From the NCBI GenBank assembly GCA_965217115.1, contig OZ244239.1:736001-800000 (forward strand): a DNA stretch of 64,000 bases. Reading direction: 5' to 3'. The DNA is from Bdellovibrionales bacterium (GTDB lineage Bacteria; Bdellovibrionota; Bdellovibrionia; Bdellovibrionales; CAYMLA01). Each line of letters starts with the position of its first letter. The stretch's first letter is position 1. Both the position numbers and the translations under genes were made by a program. Of this stretch, positions 39,691 through 50,428 are shown piece after piece. Below the pieces are notes generated by a model. That model searched no databases. It saw only the letters and a program-made list of their open reading frames with translations, and had not been told where the DNA came from.

Positions 39691-39967
39691 TCGTAAATGT
39701 TTTTAGAAGGGCCTAGGGGCTCTTCTAAAAATATATTTCTATCTGGACTGATCCTCAGTCGATAAATCGAGGGGATTATGAGAAGCCCACTGCAGAATGG
39801 TCCCTCTCTTTGTGTTTGAAAGACCCCGACTTTAAAGGCAAATTCGGGAAATAAAAAAAATTACATTGCTAGATGATTTTCCCCTCAAAGGCGTTGATAG
39901 CGACTATAATCGGTCAAAAATTTAAAACAAATAGATAAAATATAATCATCCCTTTCTAAGGAGCCAC

Positions 39968-40741
39968 TTGAATCAGTCAGTCTCACTTTTGAATTCAGAA
40001 AGCACGGACCTCTCAAGTCTTTTAAAGGCATTCAGGTATATTAATAAAAACCCTGCTTACAACCCTTTTGAATTTAACTATACTAAGCAGGAGATCAGTG
40101 CATTTAATAGTCTGAAGACTGCTTATTCTGAATCTCTGGATTTGTTAGAACAAAATAAACTTCCTACTTCCAGGCTTATTTGCCTTAAAGCCGATGGAAA
40201 TCAAGATGGTCATGCTCTCTACTTAGAAAATGAAGCTATCACCTTTATTGATTTGAAGGTTTATGTACATCATTTAAACCAAGGGGGATTTGATCAATTT
40301 TCTCATTTACTCCATGAAATGTTACATGCTTCACACTATACATTAAATAAAAATCTCAGCCCATCTGCTCTTATTAATAAAGAAAATCCTCTTTTGGCTA
40401 AATCTTTGGCTGAAGGAGTGGCTGTCTCTCTGGCAGAAAACCTGTCTCCTCAAAAGGATAATTTTTGGTTTGGCTATCTAGATAATGAACTCAAAGAAGC
40501 TTGGGCTCGAAACGCAGAAAAATATTATAAAAATGATCTCCATGCCCTCAAGACAGGTGAGTATTCAAAAGAACAGGAGATCAACTTGCTTGGCTTAAGT
40601 GATTTTTCTAATAACAGTCTTATAAGAGGACGACGCTCTTACTATACAGTTCCAAAATTTTTAAAAAATCAGAATTTAACTACAGATGAAATTATCAAGT
40701 TATCAGTCTCTAATTTTCGTCATTTAATCACTAGGTTTTAA
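39968..40741 (+). CDS. Gluzincin-type metallopeptidase (DUF2268-like), possibly 5'-truncated
   Basis: HEMLH...AEGVA. Confidence 0.7.
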   Translation: MNQSVSLLNSESTDLSSLLKAFRYINKNPAYNPFEFNYTKQEISAFNSLKTAYSESLDLLEQNKLPTSRLICLKADGNQDGHALYLENEAITFIDLKVYVHHLNQGGFDQFSHLLHEMLHASHYTLNKNLSPSALINKENPLLAKSLAEGVAVSLAENLSPQKDNFWFGYLDNELKEAWARNAEKYYKNDLHALKTGEYSKEQEINLLGLSDFSNNSLIRGRRSYYTVPKFLKNQNLTTDEIIKLSVSNFRHLITRF

Positions 40742-40981
40742 AAACTATCTTCTTCCCTTGAGGGAGGAGATTATGGGAGATCCACTGCCGGAGTGGCCTC
40801 TCTCTTTGAACTCGGAAAACACCGCTTTTAAAGGCGAATGAAAAACTGAGGCCTTTAAACTTGTAAGAATTACTCTGTCATTGCGTTAAATCGATTGCCT
40901 TTTGCTTATTTGTGGGAGAGAGAGTAGATGTTTATTTAATTAAAGACACTACAGGCAAGGCTCGTAAATAAGGAGGGTTTC

Positions 40982-41359
40982 ATGAAAAAGAACATAGCAC
41001 TTTTGTGCACTTTAAGCTTAATGGTTTTTGGAAGTCCTAGGCAAGCATGGTCTAAAGACAGTGTTACAACGTCTCCAGAATCTACAGTCTATGTAAAAGA
41101 ATTCAAGACTCTAGGTCGTTCTTGTTATGGACGTACCAGGAGACCCCAAGGTAGCTTTAATGCTCTTCAAGAGGCCATGACAATGACAAGAGAAGATGTA
41201 AAAAGATGGTGTGATGACTTGGGTGGGATTTCTTCGACTCCGCCTTGGGGGCCTTTAGAAGTCCTTGTACATACAAAACACACATCTCCAACTGGCTGCC
41301 ATGGAGATGTCGTGGTCATAAGTGACTTTGTATGCACTGTTGAGAAAAGAGCGCTTTAA
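40982..41359 (+). CDS. Hypothetical secreted protein
   Basis: AGGAGG RBS, signal peptide, Cys pairs. Confidence 0.75.
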   Translation: MKKNIALLCTLSLMVFGSPRQAWSKDSVTTSPESTVYVKEFKTLGRSCYGRTRRPQGSFNALQEAMTMTREDVKRWCDDLGGISSTPPWGPLEVLVHTKHTSPTGCHGDVVVISDFVCTVEKRAL

Positions 41360-41629
41360 TATTTTGCCTTTAAAAAGCCACCTGGGCATCTAGAACCAGA
41401 GACATAAAAATGTCTAATTACAATCAATAAAAATAGTTATTATCTTTATTTCTTCTTCTCTGCCAAGATTCTTTTTGTCAGGGGGAGGAATGAAAAGCAT
41501 ATAAAAATGCCCTTGCCTTTTTCTGGGAATCACTTGTTTTAAGTGACCCACGGATTCTAAGAAGACATTTAAGTGTTTTTTATGTATCTCGCTGTGAATA
41601 ATAAATAAAAAACCAAAAGGAGATGGAAA

Positions 41630-41896
41630 ATGAAAAAAGGAAACTCTATAGAAAAACTCTTCAGTGTTTTAGTCATCGGTGGTGTTCTCATGGCTGGCTC
41701 AAATGTAATTGCTGACGAGACAGAAAAACACTGTCAACAAGAGCTTGTTCTGAGAAAATATACCCCTCTAGGAGATGTGCTCTCATCCAAAGCAACCTGT
41801 CTTGATGGGAAAAGCGACGATGAAGTTCTAACTCTTCTTGCAAAAAATAAAGAAGACACTTGTTTGAGCCCTTTTTGTGGGTGCTGGTTAGGATAG
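41630..41896 (+). CDS. Small secreted Cys-rich protein (candidate precursor peptide)
   Basis: KLFSVLVIGG leader; C-terminus CLSPFCGCWLG; 7 bp from the next gene. Confidence 0.75.
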   Translation: MKKGNSIEKLFSVLVIGGVLMAGSNVIADETEKHCQQELVLRKYTPLGDVLSSKATCLDGKSDDEVLTLLAKNKEDTCLSPFCGCWLG

Positions 41897-41903
41897 ATAG
41901 TCT

Positions 41904-42671
41904 ATGGGGGGGGAACCGTCTATGAATAAGAAAAAATCTTTATTGATCGCGGAAGCTTGGGCTCAAAGAGCCCAAGCTGAGCTTGGTGCTGAAGCTCGTT
42001 TTCAGCTATTGAGTGAACAATTAAATAATGCCGGAAGCCATGAACAAGTTATCTATTTGTCGAAAAAGGCTCAAGAAGATGAGAGACGTCATGCCCAGTT
42101 ATGTGCCGAAGTCGCCCGAGAATATGGCCATAAAACTGGATTTGAAAAAATAAAAAGAACCTCGCAAAACTTGGAGAAAAGCTGGTCAAAGAAAGAGTCT
42201 TTTAGGGATAGGTTACTTTGCGAAGTGACCTTGATGTGTTGTATTACAGAAACCTTCAACGCGAGTCTTCTAAATACAATTTATAAAAATGTCTCTTCTA
42301 ATTCCTCTAGAGGTAAAGTTATTCACGAAATATTGAAAGATGAGGTGAAACACAGCCAAATAGGCTGGGCCCATTTGGCTTTTGAAAGTCAGAAAAAAGA
42401 CTGTGGCTTTTTGGCTGAACACCTAGAGGAGATGTTAGAAATTTCAGTCAATGATGACCTGTTTTTGCCTGTCGTAGAGAGTCACGAACTTGAGGATACA
42501 TTTTCCCATGGTGTTATGCCAGTTGAACAGCGGTTGGAGCAATTTGAAACGACTCTCAAACAAGTGATCGTACCTGGATTTCAGGAATTTAACATAGACA
42601 CACATCAAATTGAAAAATGGCTGAAAGGCAAGAAGTCACCCCATGGAGAGATGGTATCACATTACCCCTAG
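41904..42671 (+). CDS. Ferritin-like diiron protein
   Basis: AE..., DERRH, ITET, DEVKH carboxylate/His ligand pattern. Confidence 0.88.
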   Translation: MGGEPSMNKKKSLLIAEAWAQRAQAELGAEARFQLLSEQLNNAGSHEQVIYLSKKAQEDERRHAQLCAEVAREYGHKTGFEKIKRTSQNLEKSWSKKESFRDRLLCEVTLMCCITETFNASLLNTIYKNVSSNSSRGKVIHEILKDEVKHSQIGWAHLAFESQKKDCGFLAEHLEEMLEISVNDDLFLPVVESHELEDTFSHGVMPVEQRLEQFETTLKQVIVPGFQEFNIDTHQIEKWLKGKKSPHGEMVSHYP

Positions 42672-42727
42672 TAACGCTTTGCGTGGTGCTTTATACTCTC
42701 TCAAAATGATTGTAAGCCCTGCTTCCT

Positions 42728-42743
42728 TGGTACAAGCCTTGCT
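42728..42743 (+). promoter_or_regulatory. Sigma-54 (-24/-12) promoter candidate
   Basis: TGGTACAAGCCTTGCT with GG-N10-GC, 40 bp before ATG. Confidence 0.6.
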
Positions 42744-42782
42744 TAAATAATTGGTTTTATCCACAAAAAACGAGGGGGAAAC

Positions 42783-43349
42783 ATGAAAAAATGGTTATCG
42801 TTTAGCATTGCTCTTATAACGCTCATGTCTGTGTATTCTTTTACTTCTGCACTAGAGAAAACAGCAGTGACAACAGTCGTGAAAAAATCTACCAAAACAG
42901 TGCAAGAAAAGAGCAACTTCCAGGGGAAAGTAAAAAATCTTGTTGATGGTTATTACCTTAAATTAAAACCTCATGTTTTTTCCATGGAAATAGCAACTTC
43001 TAGACATAGAGACAGAGATCATTGTAATGACAGAACATCCCCAAGTTGTTTTGATGTTGCCTGTTCTTTAGTAGATCCATGGGACTGCGATGACCTAGAG
43101 GAAGTGACTCGCCTTCAACGCGACTGTAGAGGGAATTACAATGGGTTATGCCTAAAAACTCTTTGTTCTAAAGTCGGTTTCTTCGGCTGCGACGATATAG
43201 AGGAGATTGCCCCGTTGGCCGCAGCATGCATTGGTAATATTGATGGTTCCTGTGTGGAATCAGTCTGTTCAAAGTTAAATCCTTTCGACTGCGATGACGA
43301 AGATGAGGTTATTCTCGTTGCCAAAAGTTGTAGTGGCCGTCATCGATGA
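42783..43349 (+). CDS. Secreted Cys-rich repeat protein
   Basis: Three C...CS.....CDD.EE......C.G repeats. Confidence 0.8.
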   Translation: MKKWLSFSIALITLMSVYSFTSALEKTAVTTVVKKSTKTVQEKSNFQGKVKNLVDGYYLKLKPHVFSMEIATSRHRDRDHCNDRTSPSCFDVACSLVDPWDCDDLEEVTRLQRDCRGNYNGLCLKTLCSKVGFFGCDDIEEIAPLAAACIGNIDGSCVESVCSKLNPFDCDDEDEVILVAKSCSGRHR

Positions 43350-43428
43350 ACTTGTAAATACAGAATTCTAGGCAGGTGACCAACACCTGTTCAAAAAATC
43401 ATTACTCAAACTAAACAGGGAGAAAATT

Positions 43429-43674
43429 ATGAAAAAAATTATTGTCGCATTGACTTTATTGACCTCGATCACAGCTTTTGGAGATATTACTCCTAAAACA
43501 TTGGCCTATGTTTGCAACCGAATTAGTTCTGGGCGTTTAACAGTTCAATGCTTTAAAGCTGGACAAAATTCCTATCTGGATCAGTTAGCTCTTGGGGCCT
43601 GTGACAGAATTAGTTCAGCTGAAGATACTATCAGTTGCGTTAAAAGTATTGCCAATAGGAGGGACTTACCTTAG
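43429..43674 (+). CDS. Small secreted Cys-repeat protein, possibly truncated
   Basis: Two A...C.RISS....C repeats. Confidence 0.6.
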   Translation: MKKIIVALTLLTSITAFGDITPKTLAYVCNRISSGRLTVQCFKAGQNSYLDQLALGACDRISSAEDTISCVKSIANRRDLP

Positions 43675-43931
43675 CAGTCCCAAAGGGATATAAATTTGAC
43701 TATCTATACAACGATGATACTGGAGATTATGAGCCTATTTTTACAGCGAATGGTCGTGGGAAACTAATAGTTGTTAATAGCAAGGGAAAAGTCGTAGTTG
43801 CCGGGCTCAGCTCCATCACAGAGAGAAAGCCGCCAACAAGTATAGATTTTTTAGTAAAGTCCATTAAAAATTCTAGAAAGCACCTAGGTTATCACAAGAA
43901 TAAGACAGTCTCAACTGAAGTATTTGATAGG

Positions 43932-44183
43932 ATGGACTCTAAAACTAGTCGTGGCATCGCAATTTCCGTGAACAGGATACTAGGGTATTATGATATGTCT
44001 ACTGAAGAGGGACATTTTATGTCAGCTCTTCGTGCTGAAATACAAAGAAGAGGCCTGGAAACCTGTCAAAATACCAAAAGTAAAAAATTGAAACCAATAC
44101 GTGATGCTATACAGGATTTGAAGGGGAAAAAGCAAATGACTGGAAATCCTCTTGATCGTCTGAAGACAGGCTCAATAAAATAG
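43932..44183 (+). CDS. Hypothetical protein or gene fragment
   Basis: 83-aa ORF only; weak RBS. Confidence 0.3.
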   Translation: MDSKTSRGIAISVNRILGYYDMSTEEGHFMSALRAEIQRRGLETCQNTKSKKLKPIRDAIQDLKGKKQMTGNPLDRLKTGSIK

Positions 44184-44282
44184 ATCCCAAATTTTTAACC
44201 TCTAGGTAAATAATCAGTCCTCAGCTGACAACTAGGGCTTGAAACACAAAGGCAATGGGGCTATTCTCATTGGATAATTTAG

Positions 44283-44963
44283 GTGTTTTTACTAGAGAGG
44301 TTTTTTTTGCAAATCATAAAATTATCTTCATTAACCTGTCTGGTTTTGGTTCTAACAGGTTGTACTATTTTTGGACCCATTCAAAGTCATGACCTAGGTC
44401 GTTCCTTAGGGGGAGGCAACCATAATTTTCACTTTAGTGCTATTGTCACTGTTGACGAAAAAGAGGAGGGTAATGGTATAGGGGCTCTTCCGAGTTTTCG
44501 CTATGATATCGGAGTGAGTGAAAATTTAGACTTGGGCTTTCAATACGAACTTCTTAGCTCTGGCATTCGTGGTAAATACTCTTTTTTGAACAATAAAAAA
44601 GGGCTTTCTGCATCGATGTCCCTAGGTGCTGGCTCTAGTTCTGGTCTTGCTGCGGTCGGCTTCTATTACAATGCTACGTTGGCTACAAGCTATAAGGCAG
44701 ACTCTTGGGAACCCTTTTTGAATTATCGTTTTACTTATGTGGATATAGCTAGTGATGGCGAAACGACTTCTGAAGGGCCTTTTGGATCAGATATTACATT
44801 TGGCTCTGATGATGGTTATGGCCAAATTTTCTTGGGAACCAAGTACTGGATCACTGAAAAATTTGCTCTCTCTATGGAAAGTAACTATTTTGCGTTGCCA
44901 AAAAAGAAAGAGTTTGGTCCGGAGAATGTTTTGTTCTCTGTCGGAATTGATTGGAGATGGTAG
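44283..44963 (+). CDS. Lipoprotein-signal outer membrane beta-barrel protein
   Basis: LTGC lipobox, alternating beta strands, terminal aromatic IDWRW. Confidence 0.75.
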   Translation: MFLLERFFLQIIKLSSLTCLVLVLTGCTIFGPIQSHDLGRSLGGGNHNFHFSAIVTVDEKEEGNGIGALPSFRYDIGVSENLDLGFQYELLSSGIRGKYSFLNNKKGLSASMSLGAGSSSGLAAVGFYYNATLATSYKADSWEPFLNYRFTYVDIASDGETTSEGPFGSDITFGSDDGYGQIFLGTKYWITEKFALSMESNYFALPKKKEFGPENVLFSVGIDWRW

Positions 44964-45080
44964 TCCCTCTTTAAGGGACATTGGGACAGCCCCCAGCGCT
45001 GGCTCCTCTTCCTTCAATGGGGGCTGAAGAGTGAGAACAAAACAATTCTTAACAAACGTTTTGAGAACATTCAAAAAAAG

Positions 45081-46979
45081 CTACGGCAGAAGTCCATTCC
45101 TTTGTTTCTTGATGCGATAGGAGACTTTTCTAAACAAGCCCATTCCATTGGGGCCAGTTATGCCATCCCTGCCCACAATTCCTGCAATTCGTCGACGCAT
45201 GATTTTTCCGCCAGGAAGATATTTTTTTAAGTTAAAACGTGATCTCTTTCCATAGGCTCCCCCCGTAGTCGTCCCTTGACGATAACCGTAGGGTGAAGAA
45301 TTTCCTTCGCCACCCGAACGGCGGCTTCCATAAAAACCACTGCCAGGCCCTTTTCCTCCCGAAGAAAGCCCTGACCGACCTCCACTTGAAGAAGCCGAAG
45401 ATCCATAGCCTGGAGCTCCGCCACTACCACCGCCTGGGGCTCCGCTACCGCCCCTACGCTGAAGAGATTTACTGGGCGATCCCTTCCCTCCACCTCTATT
45501 GGCTGCCATGTTATCGAGCCCGCTTGGTCCTCCAAGGGAGTCGCTTCCAAAGTTCTTCATATCCTTATCTATCTTTGACGAAATTTCACTATTTCCAGCT
45601 CCCACGCCTTTGCCTACTCCCGTATCTCCAAAACCCCCACCAGGCGTAGTCGCCTTAAAACTACCAGCACAGATTGGGTCCCGTGGATTCACAGCACAGA
45701 TACACGTCATCTTTGATGCGTTCGCTGGGTCTTCGCAGTTAACACTTTCATCGAGTTTTGCCACATCATCTGATTTGGTTTGAGCCTTACACACTTGTGC
45801 TATAGCAATGCTTCTGGCAAGACCAACTCCTGACTCTAAAACTTTGTCCAGCGTGAGGTTCTGGCTCACGCAAACTTTGCTGTTTTCTTCGATTTCTTCC
45901 TTCTTCGTTTCTAAAAAAGCTATTTCATTTTTTTCTTTACAGAACCAGCCATCCTCTTCGTTTATTTTATTTATTTGAGCAGCCGTACAGCTTGCAGTTA
46001 CTGAAGGAACTTTTGTGCAAAAATCTTCTTTCCCTACCACGCGTCTCTGAGCCTCTTGGCAGGTGTTCTCACAGCTAGATATACCTGCCGTACAAGCTGT
46101 TTTATAAGCTGCTACAGCACTTTGGGCAATTAACAAAGTGTTTGACATTTTAGAGCAGGCGGCAAAAATACTCACCGCATCGGTAATTTGAGACAGCTTT
46201 TTTGTGACTTTATCGTCTACCTTGCCCCCTCCTTCCTGCAGATATTTATTAGAAGGTTTACAAATATTTTGAGTTAAGCTTTCCCTCTCTTTTTTACATC
46301 CCACGATTGAACTGTTTAAGTCTACCTGAGCTTGTTGATCAAAATCTTTTCTGCAACTGTTTGCCACTTCTTCATCTTTTTTATCTTTATCTCCCTTAGG
46401 GTCACATTCTTCGTCTTCACTGTTAAACCCAGTACATTCATCGTTGCCCTCATCTTGCTTATCCTCTTCACAACTATCAAAATGACCATCTATGAAATGC
46501 ATCGTCTCACATTCTTTGGCTTTAGGAACCCTAGAAATAGCCACAATCTGCGAGTTTCTATTGTGACAGAACCCTCTATAATATTTCCACTCTCCCTTAA
46601 GCCCTTCACACTCCGTCCTGTATGCTCCGCACCCCACAAAAAACTTATTGGAATCAAAGCTTCTAGACCAATCTTCATTGCAATCACTAAACTCTGACAT
46701 ACGTGACAGGGGGACCATGTAGCCATCACCCATGCAATTTTTCCTAGAAGGGTCCAAAACCCACCCTTGAGCAGTACAAAGCTCCATACCTCGGGTAAGG
46801 TGGTCTTTAAAATCATGGCTACCAGCCAAAGCCTGACCAAAAAAAGAACAGAATCCAAAGGACAATAATAAAAACGTCATTAATGGAAGCATCATTAATT
46901 TTTTTAAATTGCCCCCAAAGACTCTCTTCGATACGTAACTCAACATAAGAAAGGCCCTCCCCCTCCGAACAAAACCCAT
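45081..46979 (-). CDS. Secreted Cys-rich, Gly/Ser-rich tail protein
   Basis: More than 20 Cys, long Gly-rich low-complexity region, C-terminal DGITGPNG..LFRKVSYR. Confidence 0.8.
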   Translation of the reverse strand: MGFVRRGRAFLMLSYVSKRVFGGNLKKLMMLPLMTFLLLSFGFCSFFGQALAGSHDFKDHLTRGMELCTAQGWVLDPSRKNCMGDGYMVPLSRMSEFSDCNEDWSRSFDSNKFFVGCGAYRTECEGLKGEWKYYRGFCHNRNSQIVAISRVPKAKECETMHFIDGHFDSCEEDKQDEGNDECTGFNSEDEECDPKGDKDKKDEEVANSCRKDFDQQAQVDLNSSIVGCKKERESLTQNICKPSNKYLQEGGGKVDDKVTKKLSQITDAVSIFAACSKMSNTLLIAQSAVAAYKTACTAGISSCENTCQEAQRRVVGKEDFCTKVPSVTASCTAAQINKINEEDGWFCKEKNEIAFLETKKEEIEENSKVCVSQNLTLDKVLESGVGLARSIAIAQVCKAQTKSDDVAKLDESVNCEDPANASKMTCICAVNPRDPICAGSFKATTPGGGFGDTGVGKGVGAGNSEISSKIDKDMKNFGSDSLGGPSGLDNMAANRGGGKGSPSKSLQRRGGSGAPGGGSGGAPGYGSSASSSGGRSGLSSGGKGPGSGFYGSRRSGGEGNSSPYGYRQGTTTGGAYGKRSRFNLKKYLPGGKIMRRRIAGIVGRDGITGPNGMGLFRKVSYRIKKQRNGLLP

Positions 46980-47119
46980 AGGGACCTATCGGACGAAAGT
47001 CTGGTTTACTTTAGGTGCTTGTTTCCAGAGAACTTTTAAAAGGACAGCTCGAATCAAATCATCAATAAATACAAAGTGATTCATTTTGAGACACCATATA
47101 TTTTCCTTATTTTATGATG

Positions 47120-48778
47120 TTATTTTAATTCCCTCTTAAGACTGCTAGCACGTCTCTGCTGCTGAGAAGAAGATTCTTCAGAACCCCAGATGTCATCAAG
47201 CACAATCTTAAGAATTTTTCTATTTTCTATGCGAGCTGTTTTACGGGAGTGCCCTTCTTTTAAAGGTTTTATATTTCTTTCAATAATGTTCAAAGCCTCT
47301 TCTCTGTCCTCTTTAAAATACAAAGCATGTAGCACCTGGGCAATTGGCCTCGCCTGCTCTTTACGTTGTTGAGTCCCTTTGGAATTCCTATGTTTTTCAA
47401 TAAGATGATCGAGCTCCTTTAACTCACCACTCGTCGGATTAGATAATTCTCTCTTTAATAGTTCTGCCAGCTCAATAGCCACGGGGTTGTAAGGACTTGA
47501 TTGGGCGTTTGCCAATTGAATAATTCCCCACCTCTTATCATTAGGGTGTTCTTTTATGTACATGGTTAGAGTTTTTGTAACATTGCCCCGACTAAATTTA
47601 TGTGCCCTCGTCCAATCAATAAAATCTAAGGCATACTCTCGAGTGCCAAAAGTGTTGCTCTCAGTGGCACAAATCTTACAACTCAACTCAACAGCACGCT
47701 TACTTTTTTTAGAAGACGGGAAGCAGCAAGTCCCACAGGTGTAAGAGTATTCAATTCCATCTCCATGGAGAATACCTGCATTATGAAGAAACTCGTGGAA
47801 AACCGTTCTCATAACAGACTTTTCTGATCTTCCCTTGGCTTTTGGAGAGAGGGAAATAAACGGATGCCCTACATCATAACCAAGGCCGTTATAGTCTCTA
47901 ATTTTAAGACTAGACCCAGCTGAGGCATATCCTTTTTTTGGCCCCTTCCAATTACGACCCTTCTCATCGCACACAAGCTTCACGTCTCCTTCCTCAAGCA
48001 ACTCTCTCATATCTATGGCATTTCTCAAGGCTCCACTCACTGCGCCTTTACCATTTTTGCGTTGATACTTTTCTTGTAAATCCATCAAACACTGCAGCCC
48101 TGTGGACACACTGTTTTTTACAATATTTAATGCTTTTCTCTTACCCAATTTATCAAAGCAGTCTCTGTGTATGTTAAAACCAAAACCTGTGACATAAAAA
48201 TCCCCCTCTCTTGAGAGGTTGGAAATAACGCTCTTTGGAATTTTCTCTAACTGCCCACCCAATAAACCAAGTTGCTCTCGGCAATAGGCATCACTGTTTT
48301 GCACTAAAGTTAAAACATTACTAAAAGAAGACTCCATGGTGCCATTGAAATCCCTGTCTAATTTCGTCTGAATAACGATTTTATTAAGAGCTTTTACTTG
48401 TTTAAAAGTGTCTTTTCTATCAAATTTGCCGTCGAAATTTTTATCAAATTGAACTTCCTTAAAAATGTCATTTTTTATATCAGAATAATAATGAATCACC
48501 TTATCAAAACGCCCATCAAAGTTTAAATCCAACTCTCTCTGAAAACGAAACTTTCCCCTATAGGAATCAATTTGATCGACTTTTGAATCTCTGTTTAAAT
48601 CATAGCGAACTCTAGTAATGCCTTTGTTGTCAGTTGTTTTTTTAAGCACATACTGATCAAAATTATAGGCCTTCAAAAAACCGGCTTTAGCTCCCTTAGA
48701 ACTGGGTGACTTGGCGAAGAGACCGCCACCGTACATGGATGAAAAACAAATAACGACTTTACACAACGAACGAACCAT
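47120..48778 (-). CDS. Secreted protein with DxNxDG repeats and HExxH motif
   Basis: DLNRDSKVD, DLNFDGRFD, DKNFDGKFD, DRDFNG; FHEFLHNAG; CGTCCF. Confidence 0.75.
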   Translation of the reverse strand: MVRSLCKVVICFSSMYGGGLFAKSPSSKGAKAGFLKAYNFDQYVLKKTTDNKGITRVRYDLNRDSKVDQIDSYRGKFRFQRELDLNFDGRFDKVIHYYSDIKNDIFKEVQFDKNFDGKFDRKDTFKQVKALNKIVIQTKLDRDFNGTMESSFSNVLTLVQNSDAYCREQLGLLGGQLEKIPKSVISNLSREGDFYVTGFGFNIHRDCFDKLGKRKALNIVKNSVSTGLQCLMDLQEKYQRKNGKGAVSGALRNAIDMRELLEEGDVKLVCDEKGRNWKGPKKGYASAGSSLKIRDYNGLGYDVGHPFISLSPKAKGRSEKSVMRTVFHEFLHNAGILHGDGIEYSYTCGTCCFPSSKKSKRAVELSCKICATESNTFGTREYALDFIDWTRAHKFSRGNVTKTLTMYIKEHPNDKRWGIIQLANAQSSPYNPVAIELAELLKRELSNPTSGELKELDHLIEKHRNSKGTQQRKEQARPIAQVLHALYFKEDREEALNIIERNIKPLKEGHSRKTARIENRKILKIVLDDIWGSEESSSQQQRRASSLKRELK

Positions 48779-48935
48779 ACCATATCATATGACTCTCCAT
48801 TATTTTTGTCGAAAACAAAACCTCTCCCTATGGAAATACCCAAGACTTTAGACTCGACATATTCAATCAATGCTTTAGACTAGATACCTTAAAATTAACT
48901 AACAACTTAATAAAAACCAAACTATTTATTAAGTA

Positions 48936-49523
48936 ATGAATAAGTTTTTTGTATATATACAATATTCCCTTTTACTTGCTATTATAAATGGATGCATGCT
49001 AGCACCTCAAGCTATCACTTTACGACCAATTATAAAAATACTCCCTAGCTTAATAGGAAACCATCAATCACTAACTTTAAGTATAATAGATGAGCGCCCT
49101 ACTAAAACTCTTGGTCTTCGAGGCGGAGATAGAGTTGCAGAAATTACCATTTTTGGTGACCTAGCTCAAGCAGTTAGAAATGCTTTAAAAAAAGAGCTTA
49201 TCTCTAGAAATTTTATTATCCCTAATAAAACAAGCAATCAAAGCAAAGAACTTCGTATTGAATTTAGATCGCTAAACTATAAAATAGAGTCAGGGGTATT
49301 TTCTTCTGTTCTAAAAATAGACACTGCTATAAAAGGGATTTGCAAATCAAAGGGCTTAAACATCTATGAGAAGATATACAGATCTGAGTCTCGCAAAAAT
49401 GTACAGGCCGTACAAACAAGTAATAATAATAGTAAAATAGTAAATATTGTTGTATCCAACGTAATCAACCAGCTACTTGCAGATATGAATATGCTAAAGT
49501 GCTTATCAAAAAAAAATCTCTGA
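48936..49523 (+). CDS. YajG-like lipoprotein
   Basis: INGC lipobox; IIDERP...LGLRG; VINQLLAD. Confidence 0.75.
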   Translation: MNKFFVYIQYSLLLAIINGCMLAPQAITLRPIIKILPSLIGNHQSLTLSIIDERPTKTLGLRGGDRVAEITIFGDLAQAVRNALKKELISRNFIIPNKTSNQSKELRIEFRSLNYKIESGVFSSVLKIDTAIKGICKSKGLNIYEKIYRSESRKNVQAVQTSNNNSKIVNIVVSNVINQLLADMNMLKCLSKKNL

Positions 49524-50119
49524 TTTTAATTAAAAAGCTGCCTACTATCAACAGAAAAAGCTAATTTTAATCACAAACAAGTGTTTAACCAAGGCTACTC
49601 CCTTAACACTTCAGTCTGTTCCTCTATAGATACTCTGTTGTTCTCTTTTTCATGTTTAACTCTCTATATATAAATGCATAACATCATAAAAAAACCACTC
49701 TAGAGTGGCCTTCACAGCACGATTAAAATAAAAAAACAAAACCCTAACGACTACCTTCTCTCGGTGTAGCTTTCGCAGGTCGTGCTTTTGCACAGACTGC
49801 CATGAACGTCAGGGCCGCAGGCCAAATCACTAGGCAGGCGACCAACGCCTGCTCAGAAAGACAATGAAAAATGAATGATTAAAAAAAAATGGCGGTGGTT
49901 CTGGCTCTTTTTAGCCTCTACCAACTCGCCGAGGGACGATTTTTCTTCCTCCCGATTCTGACATCTCTCTCCTTAGTAGGCTTCAAGCCATTTAAGAAAA
50001 GATTACACTCTACTCCTATTTTCAAGTATTTCCTCTCTAACTAGTATATAATCGCATTATAAACGAATCGAATAAATAAACCATTACTCATGTGAGTAAT
50101 ATAAATTTAGGAGGAAAAC

Positions 50120-50428
50120 ATGAGGAAGCTATTAATAGGGTTAATCTGCTTAAGTTCAATATCAGTTTTTGCTAATAATGACTGTATAGAGCGGGAATTA
50201 AATATGATGGATCAACAAGTTGAAGGTTTTAAAAAAGATATGGTCGAAAAGTATGGAGAAGACTCTGTAAACCAATCTGACCTTGAAGCATATAGAGATG
50301 ACCTTCAGAGCGTTGTAAAAATCAAGGCTAGAACTTGTTTAAAAATAGAAGTAAGAAATAACCCTTTTTCAAAAGTTCAATTTTCTACAGAATTTAAAGG
50401 GGTTCAGTTGTTTCCCATTCTTCGGTAA
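50120..50428 (+). CDS. Hypothetical secreted protein
   Basis: AGGAGG RBS; signal ending SVFA. Confidence 0.75.
   Translation: MRKLLIGLICLSSISVFANNDCIERELNMMDQQVEGFKKDMVEKYGEDSVNQSDLEAYRDDLQSVVKIKARTCLKIEVRNNPFSKVQFSTEFKGVQLFPILR

Noticed and set aside
49353..49367. 15-bp match GCTTAAACATCTATG to ~37020
   Set aside because: Short, AT-rich and inside a coding region; likely chance.
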